Of a stretch of 64,000 bases of DNA, positions 17,699-26,869 are shown in pieces. Every line of letters begins with the position of its first letter. The first letter of the stretch is position 1. The position numbers and the translations under genes were made by a program. Source of the stretch: a bacterium (GTDB taxonomy: Bacteria; Patescibacteriota; Minisyncoccia; Phycocordibacterales; UBA2100); assembly GCA_016789445.1 (NCBI GenBank), contig JAEUQT010000001.1:67603-131602 (forward strand). The letters are read 5' to 3'. The notes beneath the pieces are model-generated. The model saw nothing but the letters and a program-made list of their open reading frames with translations, searched no databases and was not told the DNA's origin.

Positions 17699-20380
17699 TT
17701 ACTGCACCAGCGAGCAGCCGTTCGGGTTCGGCTCCGCTTCGCAGAGACACTTGATAAATGTATCCATCGATTGTTCTGGGTTACAGGTGCGCACATCAAT
17801 CGGATTCGGATTCGAGGAGCTGCCGCCAGATGCGCCCGCTTCCGCACCCGCTCCCCCTTGTACCGGTGCCGCCGTGGAAACCCTGCCGCTTTGTGCGAAG
17901 AGCCGCTTCGGTTCGTTCTCGTCGCCATTCACTCGAACCACCGTCTCATTCACGAACTTATCCTTCCCGGATTCGATGTCACAGATGACCCCGAAGCGTG
18001 TCGAGGAATTGAGTGCAGGTGTCGTGAGCTCGCCATCTTTCCCGCCCCGCTTGATCACGTTCAGCGTGGAGTCGACGACGACGCACGAGAGCGTGCCGAC
18101 GCTCGTCCATGAAAGTACGCTGGTATCGCCATCATCTATAGATGAAGGGTTGGCTGTGATGGATACAACGGCAGCAGGTTGTGTTGGTTTCGGCTGTGAG
18201 GGAGTTGGAGCTGAATTCGATTCGTCATCGTTGAAGAAATTAAGAACGGTACCGAGGAGCGCGCTCAGTATTCCCAGACCTCCTTGCAGGAATGAGTTCG
18301 GGCGCGATGCGGACCGCTGCGTCTGCGTCGGCTTTGGATCCGGTTGCGGCGCTGGCTGCGGAGCAGGTGCTGGGGTTGGAGCCGGCTTGGTATCTGGCGT
18401 CGGCGTGGGTTCAGGTTCAGGAGTCGGCGTCGGTTCCGGCTGAGCAGGAGTCTCCGTAACAGGAATTTCGACCCCCTCCGGAATACTCGCACCGACTCCC
18501 AGCACATACCCGAGACGATCGATCGCCGTGCGCGCAGCTTCTGCCACACGCTCGCCGATCTTGCTCAAACCTTCAAGCAGACGCGAAGGGGTCGGTGCCG
18601 GCTGCGGGGCCGCAGCCGCTATTTCAGATTCGAGATCGATTTCAAAGGTCGTACCTTCAAGTGCTTTCTCGATGGCCGGATCGATCGCACGAAGTTCATC
18701 GAATTTCTTATTGATGATAGCGCTTCGCTCTTCGTCAGTGGTTGCGGCATCAAATTCTTGAACAAGTTCGTTGTATTCTCGCTCGAACTGCGCACGCTGC
18801 TGCGGAGTAAGCGTGTTCTCCAGCGCCTCGGCTTCGGGCGGCGTAGCATCCGTCATCACCGATCCGCCTTGAGCGACTTGTACCGTCGAAGGGATCGCGC
18901 GTACGTCAGCGGCGATCTTCTCGAGACCCTCACGCATCGAGGCAGCCTTCAATTCATTGAGCGCCTGTCGGTAGGCCACGCCTTCCTTCGAGCCGATGCC
19001 GACCCAATCAAGCATCTCGCCGAACCACGAACGATCATCAAGTGCTTCGCGCGTTTCTTCTACCGCAGCAAATGCCTCTGCTGCTGTCGTAGGAATGATG
19101 GTGGCGACTACCGACGGAGGGAGCGGCGTTACCTCGGGAATCGGAACCGTGATGCCGCTCGGATTCTCTGCATCCTTAACCACGGCTGGCGGCAAGGTGC
19201 CGCGCGGTGTATCGCCGATGAGAGGCTCTCCGGAACCGACGGTCGGCAAACCGATGCGATCCGCAGGCTGCAACGGGACGATCGGGAATCCGGTAAGGAT
19301 GTTGCGTTCCAAGGGAAGATCAAGCGGCGATTGTGTCGGCTTGTTGATGTCGATGCCGCGCGATTCGTTGAGTCGCTTCAGTTTCTCGTCGAGCGCCTTG
19401 AGACGATCCTGCGCCGCAGCATCGGCGACCTGTACCGGCGGCTTGGTAGTGACCGGCGTCGGTTGCGGTTGCGGTTGCGGCTGTGGTGTCGGTGCAGGTG
19501 CAGGAGCTGGCGTCGGTGAAGAATTTCCTGAGGAGAGACCGCCTCCCCCGCCGAATCCGCCGAAAAGGCTGCCGATAGTGGAGATGAAATTCGAGAACAG
19601 ATTGAACCCCGCAGACGCACCAGTGCCACCGAATGAGGGTGACGCATCACCGAAGGTATTCCCGAACGGATTCCCTCCGCTGAAAACACCGTCTAGATAT
19701 TCCCTGTTGCCGGAGATGATTCCTCCGATACTCGGCTTGGTTCCCGGTTTCAGCGTGAAGGGAGAGCCCGAATCGGTAAACGTGGTTCCTGGTTTCGGTG
19801 GTGTTACCGGCTTTGGCGATTCCGAAATAAGTTCACCCTCCCATCCCTCTCCTGTCGGCGACGGGCGGACACTTCCACTAGTTCCACCTCCACCTGAACC
19901 GCCGCTCGGAATTGAAGGCGCGGACGGACTCGGGCTCGGCGTTGAAGGCTGCGGAGCACTCGGCGTCGGCGAAGGGGTTGGTGTAGAGGGAGTGGGGGTC
20001 GGGGTTGGTGCTGGTTTAAGTGGATCATCTTTTCCACTTGAGCCACCAGGGATTTCGTACGGCTTATCTTCGAGAGGCTTTCCATCGCACTTGAGCGATG
20101 CCACGCATTTTCCTGACTTACATATTGAAGTGATGACAGGATTGGCGATGTCTTTGCACTCCAAACCGACCTGATCTCCTGATATCGGCTCACGCATACA
20201 CACTTCCCCCTCTTTCAGAGGATCGAAACCATTCTCAACCCCTTGGCCGGCAGCGCAGCGGAAATTACCGACATCTTGGCGTGTACTACCTCGAAGGGGC
20301 GTATCTTGCGCAAAAAGCGTAAGCGGCATACTCGCTGCGAACACAAAAAGTGCCGCAGAGATCTGAAGATGTATCCTCAT
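17699..20380 (-). CDS. large secreted protein (893 aa) with Pro/Thr- and Gly-rich linkers and C-terminal Cys-rich module paralogous to the giant protein
   Basis: Signal peptide MRIHLQISAALFVFAASMPLTLFA. PTPTPEPEPTPTP linkers. C-terminal SIDDGDTSVLSWTSVG...DVRTCNPEQSMDTFIKCLCEAEPNPNGCS. Minus-strand TATAAT 7 nt upstream of the ATG (plus 20388..20393). Confidence 0.85.
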   Translation of the reverse strand: MRIHLQISAALFVFAASMPLTLFAQDTPLRGSTRQDVGNFRCAAGQGVENGFDPLKEGEVCMREPISGDQVGLECKDIANPVITSICKSGKCVASLKCDGKPLEDKPYEIPGGSSGKDDPLKPAPTPTPTPSTPTPSPTPSAPQPSTPSPSPSAPSIPSGGSGGGGTSGSVRPSPTGEGWEGELISESPKPVTPPKPGTTFTDSGSPFTLKPGTKPSIGGIISGNREYLDGVFSGGNPFGNTFGDASPSFGGTGASAGFNLFSNFISTIGSLFGGFGGGGGLSSGNSSPTPAPAPAPTPQPQPQPQPTPVTTKPPVQVADAAAQDRLKALDEKLKRLNESRGIDINKPTQSPLDLPLERNILTGFPIVPLQPADRIGLPTVGSGEPLIGDTPRGTLPPAVVKDAENPSGITVPIPEVTPLPPSVVATIIPTTAAEAFAAVEETREALDDRSWFGEMLDWVGIGSKEGVAYRQALNELKAASMREGLEKIAADVRAIPSTVQVAQGGSVMTDATPPEAEALENTLTPQQRAQFEREYNELVQEFDAATTDEERSAIINKKFDELRAIDPAIEKALEGTTFEIDLESEIAAAAPQPAPTPSRLLEGLSKIGERVAEAARTAIDRLGYVLGVGASIPEGVEIPVTETPAQPEPTPTPEPEPTPTPDTKPAPTPAPAPQPAPQPDPKPTQTQRSASRPNSFLQGGLGILSALLGTVLNFFNDDESNSAPTPSQPKPTQPAAVVSITANPSSIDDGDTSVLSWTSVGTLSCVVVDSTLNVIKRGGKDGELTTPALNSSTRFGVICDIESGKDKFVNETVVRVNGDENEPKRLFAQSGRVSTAAPVQGGAGAEAGASGGSSSNPNPIDVRTCNPEQSMDTFIKCLCEAEPNPNGCSLVQ

Positions 20381-20466
20381 TAGGTCTATTATATGCAGAG
20401 CGGCCGCCCTTTCGGGCGGCCGCTGCTTCTATTCTGTTGAGAACTCTAGCTGACGTAGCGACGGGA

Positions 20467-22122
20467 TTACTCCATCCCCATGCCGCCCATGCCCATGTCG
20501 CCGACTGCCGGATTGGCTTTCTTGTCTTCAGGTTCATCAGCGACCGCCGCTTCAGTTGTGAGAAGGACCGCTGCAGCGGAAGCCGCGTTCTGTACGCCCG
20601 AGCGCGTCACCTTCACCGGATCGACGATACCCGCTTCGATCATGTCGACGATCGTCGGTTCGGTCGATTCGCTTGCAGCGTCGTAGCCGAAGTTGCCGCC
20701 CTTCGTGACGACTTCGCGCAGAATCACTTCCGCATCTTCACGGCCGGCGTTCTTCGCGATCTGGAGAAGCGGAGCGGAAAGTGCGGTGATGAGGATGCGG
20801 TAGCCGATCGAGAATTCGTCGTGCGCACCTGCTTTCACGTTCTTCGCGATCTTCGCACCGACTTTCGCAAGCGCGGAACCGCCGCCCGGGACGATTCCTT
20901 CCGCGATAGCCGCCTTCGTCGCGTTGACCGCGTCTTCGATCTTGTCCTTGAGGTATTTCATCTCGGTCTCCGTTGCTGCACCGACACGGATGACCGCGAC
21001 ACCGCCGGAGAGCTTCGCGATACGCTCGTCGAGCTTCTCCGTATCGAATTTCGAATCCGAATTCTCTGCCTGCTTCTTGAGCTGCGCGACACGCTTCTCG
21101 ATGTCTGCTTTCTTTCCCTTGCCACCGACGATGACGGTCGAATCCTTCGTCGCGACGACGCGCTGTGCGCGACCGAGCATCGTGAGATCCGCTTTCTCGA
21201 GAGTCGAACCGGTGTCATCGGAAATGACCTGTGCACCGACGGTGATCGCGATATCCGCAAGGATCTCCTTCTTGCGATCGCCATAGCCCGGTGCCTTCAC
21301 CGCGAGCACGCTGAACGCGCCACGGAGCTTGTTGAGGACGAGCATCGGGAGCGCTTCGCCATCCACATCATCCGCGATGATGACGAGCTCTTTCTTGCCA
21401 CCTTGGGCTAGCTTCTCCAAGAGAGGAAGGATGTCTTTCACCGTCGAGATCTTCTTATCGGTGATGAGGATCGGCGCATCCTTCGCTTCTGCTTCCATAC
21501 GCTCCGCATTGGTGATCATGTACGCAGAGACGTAGCCTTTATCGAACTCGAGTCCTTCGACATAATCCGTCTCGATGCCGATCGACTGCGATTCTTCGAC
21601 GGTCACCACGCCATCCTTGCCGACTTTCTCGACGACATCCGCGATCTTCGCGCCAAGCTCTTCAGATTCAGCGGAGATGGATGCGACCTGACGCGTCTCC
21701 TCCTTGGTCTTGATCGGCTTCGCCATCTTCTTCAACTCATCGACAGCGTCCTTTGCCGCAGCTTCGATGCCGCGACGGATCATCATCGCGTTCGCGCCCA
21801 TTGCCGTGCGCTTCAAGCCTTCGTGGACGAGCGCCTGCGTGAGGACGACTGCGGTCGACGTACCATCACCTGCCTTGTCGTTCGTCTTCGTCGCGACCTC
21901 CTTCACGATGCCCGCGCCCATGTTCTCGAACTTATCCGCGAGCGTGATCTCCTTCGCGATGGAAACGCCGTCGTTGGTGATGACCGGACCGCCCCATGAG
22001 CGATCGATCGCGACATTGCGACCACGCGGACCGATGGTCACTTTCACTGCACCGGCGACGATGTCGACACCGCGCTTGAGCGCGTTGCGGACATCTCCCT
22101 CAAAGATTACTTGTTTTGCCAT
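20467..22122 (-). CDS. groL: chaperonin GroEL (60 kDa)
   Basis: MAKQVIFEGDVRNALKRGVD N-terminus. GGM-repeat C-terminus. Confidence 0.97.
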   Translation of the reverse strand: MAKQVIFEGDVRNALKRGVDIVAGAVKVTIGPRGRNVAIDRSWGGPVITNDGVSIAKEITLADKFENMGAGIVKEVATKTNDKAGDGTSTAVVLTQALVHEGLKRTAMGANAMMIRRGIEAAAKDAVDELKKMAKPIKTKEETRQVASISAESEELGAKIADVVEKVGKDGVVTVEESQSIGIETDYVEGLEFDKGYVSAYMITNAERMEAEAKDAPILITDKKISTVKDILPLLEKLAQGGKKELVIIADDVDGEALPMLVLNKLRGAFSVLAVKAPGYGDRKKEILADIAITVGAQVISDDTGSTLEKADLTMLGRAQRVVATKDSTVIVGGKGKKADIEKRVAQLKKQAENSDSKFDTEKLDERIAKLSGGVAVIRVGAATETEMKYLKDKIEDAVNATKAAIAEGIVPGGGSALAKVGAKIAKNVKAGAHDEFSIGYRILITALSAPLLQIAKNAGREDAEVILREVVTKGGNFGYDAASESTEPTIVDMIEAGIVDPVKVTRSGVQNAASAAAVLLTTEAAVADEPEDKKANPAVGDMGMGGMGME

Positions 22123-22132
22123 AGAGAATTAG

Positions 22133-22453
22133 TTAGTTGAAGACCGCAAGGATGCTGGACTCGCTGATAATGTAGTATTCCTGATCCTCTATCTTCACTT
22201 CGTCGAAACCGTATTTGGAGAACATCACCTTGTCGCCCACTTTGACGCCTACGGGGATGATGTCGTTATCGTCACCGCGCTTGCCGGGACCGACCGCGAC
22301 GACCGTTCCGCGCTCAGGCTTTTCAGTACGCGCCGTATCAGGGATATAAATGCCGCCAGGAGATTTCGCATCGTCCGCCGAATCCGGTCGGACTAAGACA
22401 CGATCACCAAGCGGTTGAATGCCGATCTTTTTTGATCCTTTCGATGTGGCCAT
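22133..22453 (-). CDS. groS: co-chaperonin GroES (10 kDa)
   Basis: 106 aa with IQPLGDRVLV and VVAVGPG mobile loop. 10 nt upstream of groL. Confidence 0.95.
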   Translation of the reverse strand: MATSKGSKKIGIQPLGDRVLVRPDSADDAKSPGGIYIPDTARTEKPERGTVVAVGPGKRGDDNDIIPVGVKVGDKVMFSKYGFDEVKIEDQEYYIISESSILAVFN

Positions 22454-22533
22454 AGTGCCTAGATAGATTAGTTATAAGCGCACAAATTATTGCAAAAAAA
22501 GCGCCGAAATCAAGTCTAAAAAAGAAGAAGCGG

Positions 22534-22560
22534 CATCTGTTCGATGCCGCTTCGTAATTC
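22534..22560 (-). terminator. minus-strand intrinsic terminator upstream of groES
   Basis: AAGCGGCATC-GAACA-GATGCCGCTT followed by CTTCTTTTTT on the minus strand. Confidence 0.5.
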
Positions 22561-22812
22561 TTCGGATGGGCCTATGCGGCCAGTCGGCGTGCCTTCTTCG
22601 GTCGTCGCGAGAATAACCTGCCGATTCTTCGAATAAACCGCTTGAAAAACGGCGTCGAGACGGTTGGTTGCGTGCGATGTGTCGCCCGATTGCAGCATTG
22701 CCGGTACTTCTTCTGATCTCTACCAGACATCCTGAACCCTCAGATTTGTACGCTTCAGACAGCCTGAAGCTCGCGGTAGTATGCTCCTCCTTTTTCTCGA
22801 CGCAAGCCTAAC

Positions 22813-22841
22813 TTGACTAGTGTTTGTATATATGATATTAT
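22813..22841 (+). promoter_or_regulatory. putative promoter for secG (-35 TTGACT, 17-nt spacer, -10 TATTAT)
   Basis: TTGACT at 22813..22818 and TATTAT at 22836..22841 in an AT-rich patch. Confidence 0.4.
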
Positions 22842-22907
22842 TATATCCATCAACGAGTCCGGTGGTCCTAAATTGACTGCCTCCCCCCGTTCTGATACCT
22901 TGAAGCC

Positions 22908-23138
22908 ATGGAAATCTCGGCGGTACTGCCATACGTGCAGATCGCTCTCTCGGTACTCCTCGTCGTTGCGATCCTCTTGCAGCGAACCGGAGCAAGCCTT
23001 GGGGGTGCTTTCGGTGCTGATAACTTCAGCTCCGGTTTCCACACGCGCAGGGGGTTTGAGAAGACACTCTTCCAAGCTACCATTGTCCTCGGCATCCTGT
23101 TTGCTTTGTCTGCGCTCGTGAATATCCTTATCAGTTAG
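22908..23138 (+). CDS. secG: preprotein translocase subunit SecG
   Basis: 76 aa, two TM. LLQRTGASLGGAFGADNFSSGFHTRRGFEKTL matches the SecG signature (LLQ..G.GLG.AFG). Confidence 0.8.
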   Translation: MEISAVLPYVQIALSVLLVVAILLQRTGASLGGAFGADNFSSGFHTRRGFEKTLFQATIVLGILFALSALVNILIS

Positions 23139-23201
23139 TCCGGCACGCGGCATATTCGCGGCCTCCGAGGACTCTTTCCTCGTGCTTCTACTTTTGTCTA
23201 C

Positions 23202-24941
23202 ATGAACGCGCCAGAACCCATCAGTCGCGCGCCTCGCTTCGAAGGCCTCCATACCCTCCTCGCTGCCTTCACGCCGGTACAGCGCATGCTGCTTTATATA
23301 TTCGCCGTCCTCATGGCGCTGAGCACCTTCGTGCTTCTTGCTCAGGCGAACAACATGATTTCGGTGCAGGTCCCCGCGCCGGGCGGATCGTTCGTCGAGG
23401 GCGGCGTCGGGACTCCCCGTTTCGCTAATCCGCTCCTCGCGACTTCGCAGACGGATCAGGATCTCACGACGCTCATCTATTCAGGACTCCTGCGCGAGAA
23501 TCACGACGGCGGCTTCTCGCCGGATCTTGCGGAAAGCATGGATGTTTCAGCTGACGGACTCACCTATACGTTCCGTCTCAAAGAAGGCCTCACCTTCCAC
23601 GACGGCCACCCGCTCACCGCCGATGATGTTCTGTTCACCGTAGCCCTCGCACAGAATCCTGATGCAAAGAGCACGCGCCGTGGCGACTGGGAAGGCATTG
23701 CGGCCCGCAAGGAAGACGATCGCACGGTCATTTTCACGCTTCCGGCAGCGTACGCACCGTTCTCTGAGATCGCGACGACCGGCATCCTGCCGAAGCATCT
23801 CTGGGAACCGGTCCCGGTCACCGAATTCCAATTCGCACCTTTGAATACGCACCCCGTGGGCAGCGGCCCCTACCGCATCAAGGATGTAACCGTCGATACG
23901 ACCGGTGCACCGACCGAATACAAACTCACCGCGTTCAAGAAATTCGCACTCGGCGAACCGAACGTGACGCGCATCACCTATCGCATCTATCTGAGCGAAG
24001 ATGAAGCGCGCTCGGCATTCGAGGACGGCGACATCGATAGCTTCGTCTCCACGGTGCCGAAGGCGCTGCCGCGCGATGCCGCAGAAGACGGCGCTCTCAT
24101 GCACGTCCCACTCAGCCGCGTATTCGGCGTCTTCTTCAACCAGAATCACGCAAGCGCTCTCGCGAATGCATCGGTGCGCCAAGCGCTCGATAGTGCGATC
24201 GATAAGCAACGAATCATCAATGAGGTCCTCGGCGGCTACGGCTCGGTGCTTGAAGGTCCGATCCCACCCGGCATGCTTCGCGCCACGACGACCGCAGCAA
24301 CTACGACGGCTCCGATCGATCATGCGGCGGACGCACGTGCGGCACTCACCCGCGGCGGTTGGAAATATGATGAGAGCTCGCAATCATGGAGCAAAGACGG
24401 TACGACGCTCTCGCTGAAGCTCGCTACGGCGGATACTGAAGAACTCGTCGCGACCGCCCGCGCCGTCGCCGACGCGTGGAACGCCATCGGCGTGAAAGCA
24501 GAGGTGGAAGTCTACCCGCTGACCGAGTTCAACCAGACCATATTGCGTCCGCGCGCATATGACGCTATTCTCTTCGGCGAAGTCGTCGGACGTTCGCTCG
24601 ACCTGTACCCCTACTGGCACTCGTCGCAGCGCAACGATCCCGGCCTCAATCTCGCCCTCTACGCGAATCCGGACGCCGATAAGGCGCTCGTAGACGCTCG
24701 GGCACAGGTGGACGTCCTCGCACGTCAGGCCTCGCTGCTTTCGTTCATCGAAAGCGTCGAGACCGATACGCCTGCCGTGTTCCTCTATGCGCCGCACGCC
24801 GCCTATCTCGTGCCGGAGGGCCTCCAGGGCATCCGCTTAGGGACGCTGACGACGCCCGCGGAGCGGTTCATCAATGTGCACGAATGGTATCGCGATACGG
24901 AACGTGTCTGGGATATCTTCGCGTCAGATTCAACTCAATAA
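23202..24941 (+). CDS. ABC transporter substrate-binding protein, family 5 (Opp/Dpp-like), N-terminal membrane anchor
   Basis: 579 aa. TM anchor then LIYSGLLREN...GLTYTFRLKEGLTFHDGHPLTADDV, typical of SBP_bac_5. Confidence 0.85.
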   Translation: MNAPEPISRAPRFEGLHTLLAAFTPVQRMLLYIFAVLMALSTFVLLAQANNMISVQVPAPGGSFVEGGVGTPRFANPLLATSQTDQDLTTLIYSGLLRENHDGGFSPDLAESMDVSADGLTYTFRLKEGLTFHDGHPLTADDVLFTVALAQNPDAKSTRRGDWEGIAARKEDDRTVIFTLPAAYAPFSEIATTGILPKHLWEPVPVTEFQFAPLNTHPVGSGPYRIKDVTVDTTGAPTEYKLTAFKKFALGEPNVTRITYRIYLSEDEARSAFEDGDIDSFVSTVPKALPRDAAEDGALMHVPLSRVFGVFFNQNHASALANASVRQALDSAIDKQRIINEVLGGYGSVLEGPIPPGMLRATTTAATTTAPIDHAADARAALTRGGWKYDESSQSWSKDGTTLSLKLATADTEELVATARAVADAWNAIGVKAEVEVYPLTEFNQTILRPRAYDAILFGEVVGRSLDLYPYWHSSQRNDPGLNLALYANPDADKALVDARAQVDVLARQASLLSFIESVETDTPAVFLYAPHAAYLVPEGLQGIRLGTLTTPAERFINVHEWYRDTERVWDIFASDSTQ

Positions 24942-24982
24942 GTTACAAACATTATCAAATTATTAATTCCAGAAATTCAGTT

Positions 24983-26869
24983 ATGTTCATGCAACCTAAC
25001 CAGCCTGCTCCGCAAGGAGGTGGCGAGACCCGCTCGCAAAACCGACCGCACGGCAATCGCCAAGGCGGCGGTCCGCGACAGCGCCGTGGCGGCGCCGGTC
25101 GATCATTTAGACCGAATCGTCCACGCCGCAACTCGATCGTAAAGGTCGAGCATGCAGCACCATCGCCGCGCCAGAAGCCGCAGGCGAAGATCCCGGCAGT
25201 ACCGGAAAACGCGGTGCGCATCGTACCGCTCGGCGGTGTCGAAGAGATCGGCCGCAACATGACGGCGGTGGAAGTCGGCAACGACATCTACATCCTCGAC
25301 GCAGGATTCCAGTTCAAGGAAGACGAGACGCCGGGTATCGATTACATCCTTCCGAACACCGGATACCTCGAAGAGAATCGCGACAAGATCCGCGGTCTTC
25401 TCATCTCGCACGGCCACCTCGACCACATCGGCGGTATTCCCTACATCATGGATCGCGTCGGTAATCCGATGATCTACACGCGCAAGCTCACGGGCAAGAT
25501 GATCCAGAAGCGTCAGGAAGAATTCGCCGGCGCACCGGTCGTCATCCGCGAAGTCGAGAAGGACGAGGCGATCCGCCTCGGTGATCACGTCATCCGCTTC
25601 TTCGGCGTCACCCACACCGTTCCGGATTCGATGGGTATCATCATCGAGACCCCGTGGGGCGATGTCGTCTTTACGGGAGATATCAAGCTCAACCACGACA
25701 ACGGCGAGCCGTCAGACGAGGAAAAGCGCGAATTCTCCATCTTCCAGAACCGCAAGGTATTGGCACTCCTCATGGACTCCACGAACGTGTGGCAGCCGGG
25801 CTTCTCGATTCCTGAGAAGAACGTCTACGCGACGCTCGAGAAGATCGTGAAGGATTCCAACAGCCGCCTCATCATCGCGATGTTCGCCTCCCACTTGGAG
25901 CGCCTCATCCGCGTCATCCATTTCGCGGAAGAAGCGGGCAAGAAGATCATCATCGATGGTCGTTCCATGCGCACCAACATCGAGATCGCGCGCGAGCTTG
26001 GGTTAGTGAAGTACAAGGACGAGAGCGTGGTCAGTGTCGAGAATATGGCGCAGTATCCGCCGGAGAAGCTTGTGATTCTTGCAACCGGCGCACAGGGAGA
26101 CGAATTCGCTTCCCTCGCTCGCATCGGTAACAAGACGCACAAGTACATCCGCTTGCAGCCGACGGACACCGTCGTTCTCTCGTCGTCCGTCATTCCAGGC
26201 AACGAGCGCGCCGTCCAGAAGCTTAAGGACAACCTCTCGCGTCAGGGCGCGCACATCATCACCTACCACGCATCCGACGTTCACGCGTCTGGTCACGGTA
26301 ACCGCGAAGAAGCGGCATGGATCCACAAGCAGGTGAAGCCGAAGTTCTTCATCCCGGTCCACGGCTATCACTACATGCTCCGCGTCCACGGCCATCTCGC
26401 ACACGAGCTCGGTATGCCGAAGGAGAACGTCATGATCCCGGACAACGGTTCGATCATCGAGATCTTCGAAGGAGAGAAGATCACGAAGAACTCGATCAAG
26501 GCGCCGTCGGAACTTCGCGTCGTCGAAGGGCACGTGGTCTCCGAACTGAGCGATGTCTTGATGCGCGATCGTAAGGCGCTTGGTCAGGAAGGTTTCTGTG
26601 TCGTCGTCGCCACCGTCGATCGCCGCACCGGCCGACTCCACAAATCTCCCGACATCATCTCACGCGGCTTCGTCTACCTGAGGGACAACAAGGATCTCAT
26701 GGATCAGACGCGCCTCATCATCCGCAAGAGCGTCGAAGGTTCGATGAAGAACCCGCGCTCAGCCGATCTCGATGCGGCGCGCGAGGATCTCGCCGAGAAC
26801 GTCTCGCGCTTTCTTCTCATGAAGACCCACAAGCGTCCGATCGTGATCCCGGTCATCGTGAGCATCTAG
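24983..26869 (+). CDS. rnj: ribonuclease J (metallo-beta-lactamase/beta-CASP) with Gly/Arg-rich N-terminal extension
   Basis: HGHLDHIGGIPY motif, beta-CASP and C-terminal domain. Start taken at the ATG at 24983 (MFMQPNQ) to avoid overlap with the upstream gene. Confidence 0.9.
   Translation: MFMQPNQPAPQGGGETRSQNRPHGNRQGGGPRQRRGGAGRSFRPNRPRRNSIVKVEHAAPSPRQKPQAKIPAVPENAVRIVPLGGVEEIGRNMTAVEVGNDIYILDAGFQFKEDETPGIDYILPNTGYLEENRDKIRGLLISHGHLDHIGGIPYIMDRVGNPMIYTRKLTGKMIQKRQEEFAGAPVVIREVEKDEAIRLGDHVIRFFGVTHTVPDSMGIIIETPWGDVVFTGDIKLNHDNGEPSDEEKREFSIFQNRKVLALLMDSTNVWQPGFSIPEKNVYATLEKIVKDSNSRLIIAMFASHLERLIRVIHFAEEAGKKIIIDGRSMRTNIEIARELGLVKYKDESVVSVENMAQYPPEKLVILATGAQGDEFASLARIGNKTHKYIRLQPTDTVVLSSSVIPGNERAVQKLKDNLSRQGAHIITYHASDVHASGHGNREEAAWIHKQVKPKFFIPVHGYHYMLRVHGHLAHELGMPKENVMIPDNGSIIEIFEGEKITKNSIKAPSELRVVEGHVVSELSDVLMRDRKALGQEGFCVVVATVDRRTGRLHKSPDIISRGFVYLRDNKDLMDQTRLIIRKSVEGSMKNPRSADLDAAREDLAENVSRFLLMKTHKRPIVIPVIVSI

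Noticed and set aside
18344-20174. Arg-rich plus-strand ORFs (391 aa and 392 aa) antisense to the 893-aa secreted-protein gene, and analogous ORFs inside the 2657-aa gene (for example 12229..13068, 14164..14874)
   Set aside because: Their composition (poly-Arg and poly-Gly/Ser) reflects translation of the reverse strand of Pro/Thr/Gly-rich repetitive coding DNA. The sense-strand ORFs have signal peptides and domain content.
20436-20450. TTGAGAACTCT upstream of the 893-aa gene resembling hairpin 1 of the three-copy repeat
   Set aside because: Only 11 nt match, with no second arm and no downstream conserved segments. Most likely coincidence.
20350-21411. 353-aa plus-strand ORF antisense to groEL
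   Set aside because: It lies wholly inside groL on the opposite strand and is a GC-driven artefact.
22454-22560. CIRCE/HrcA operator upstream of groES
   Set aside because: The TTAGCACTC-N9-GAGTGCTAA inverted repeat was searched for by eye and not found. The only inverted repeat there is the terminator hairpin.
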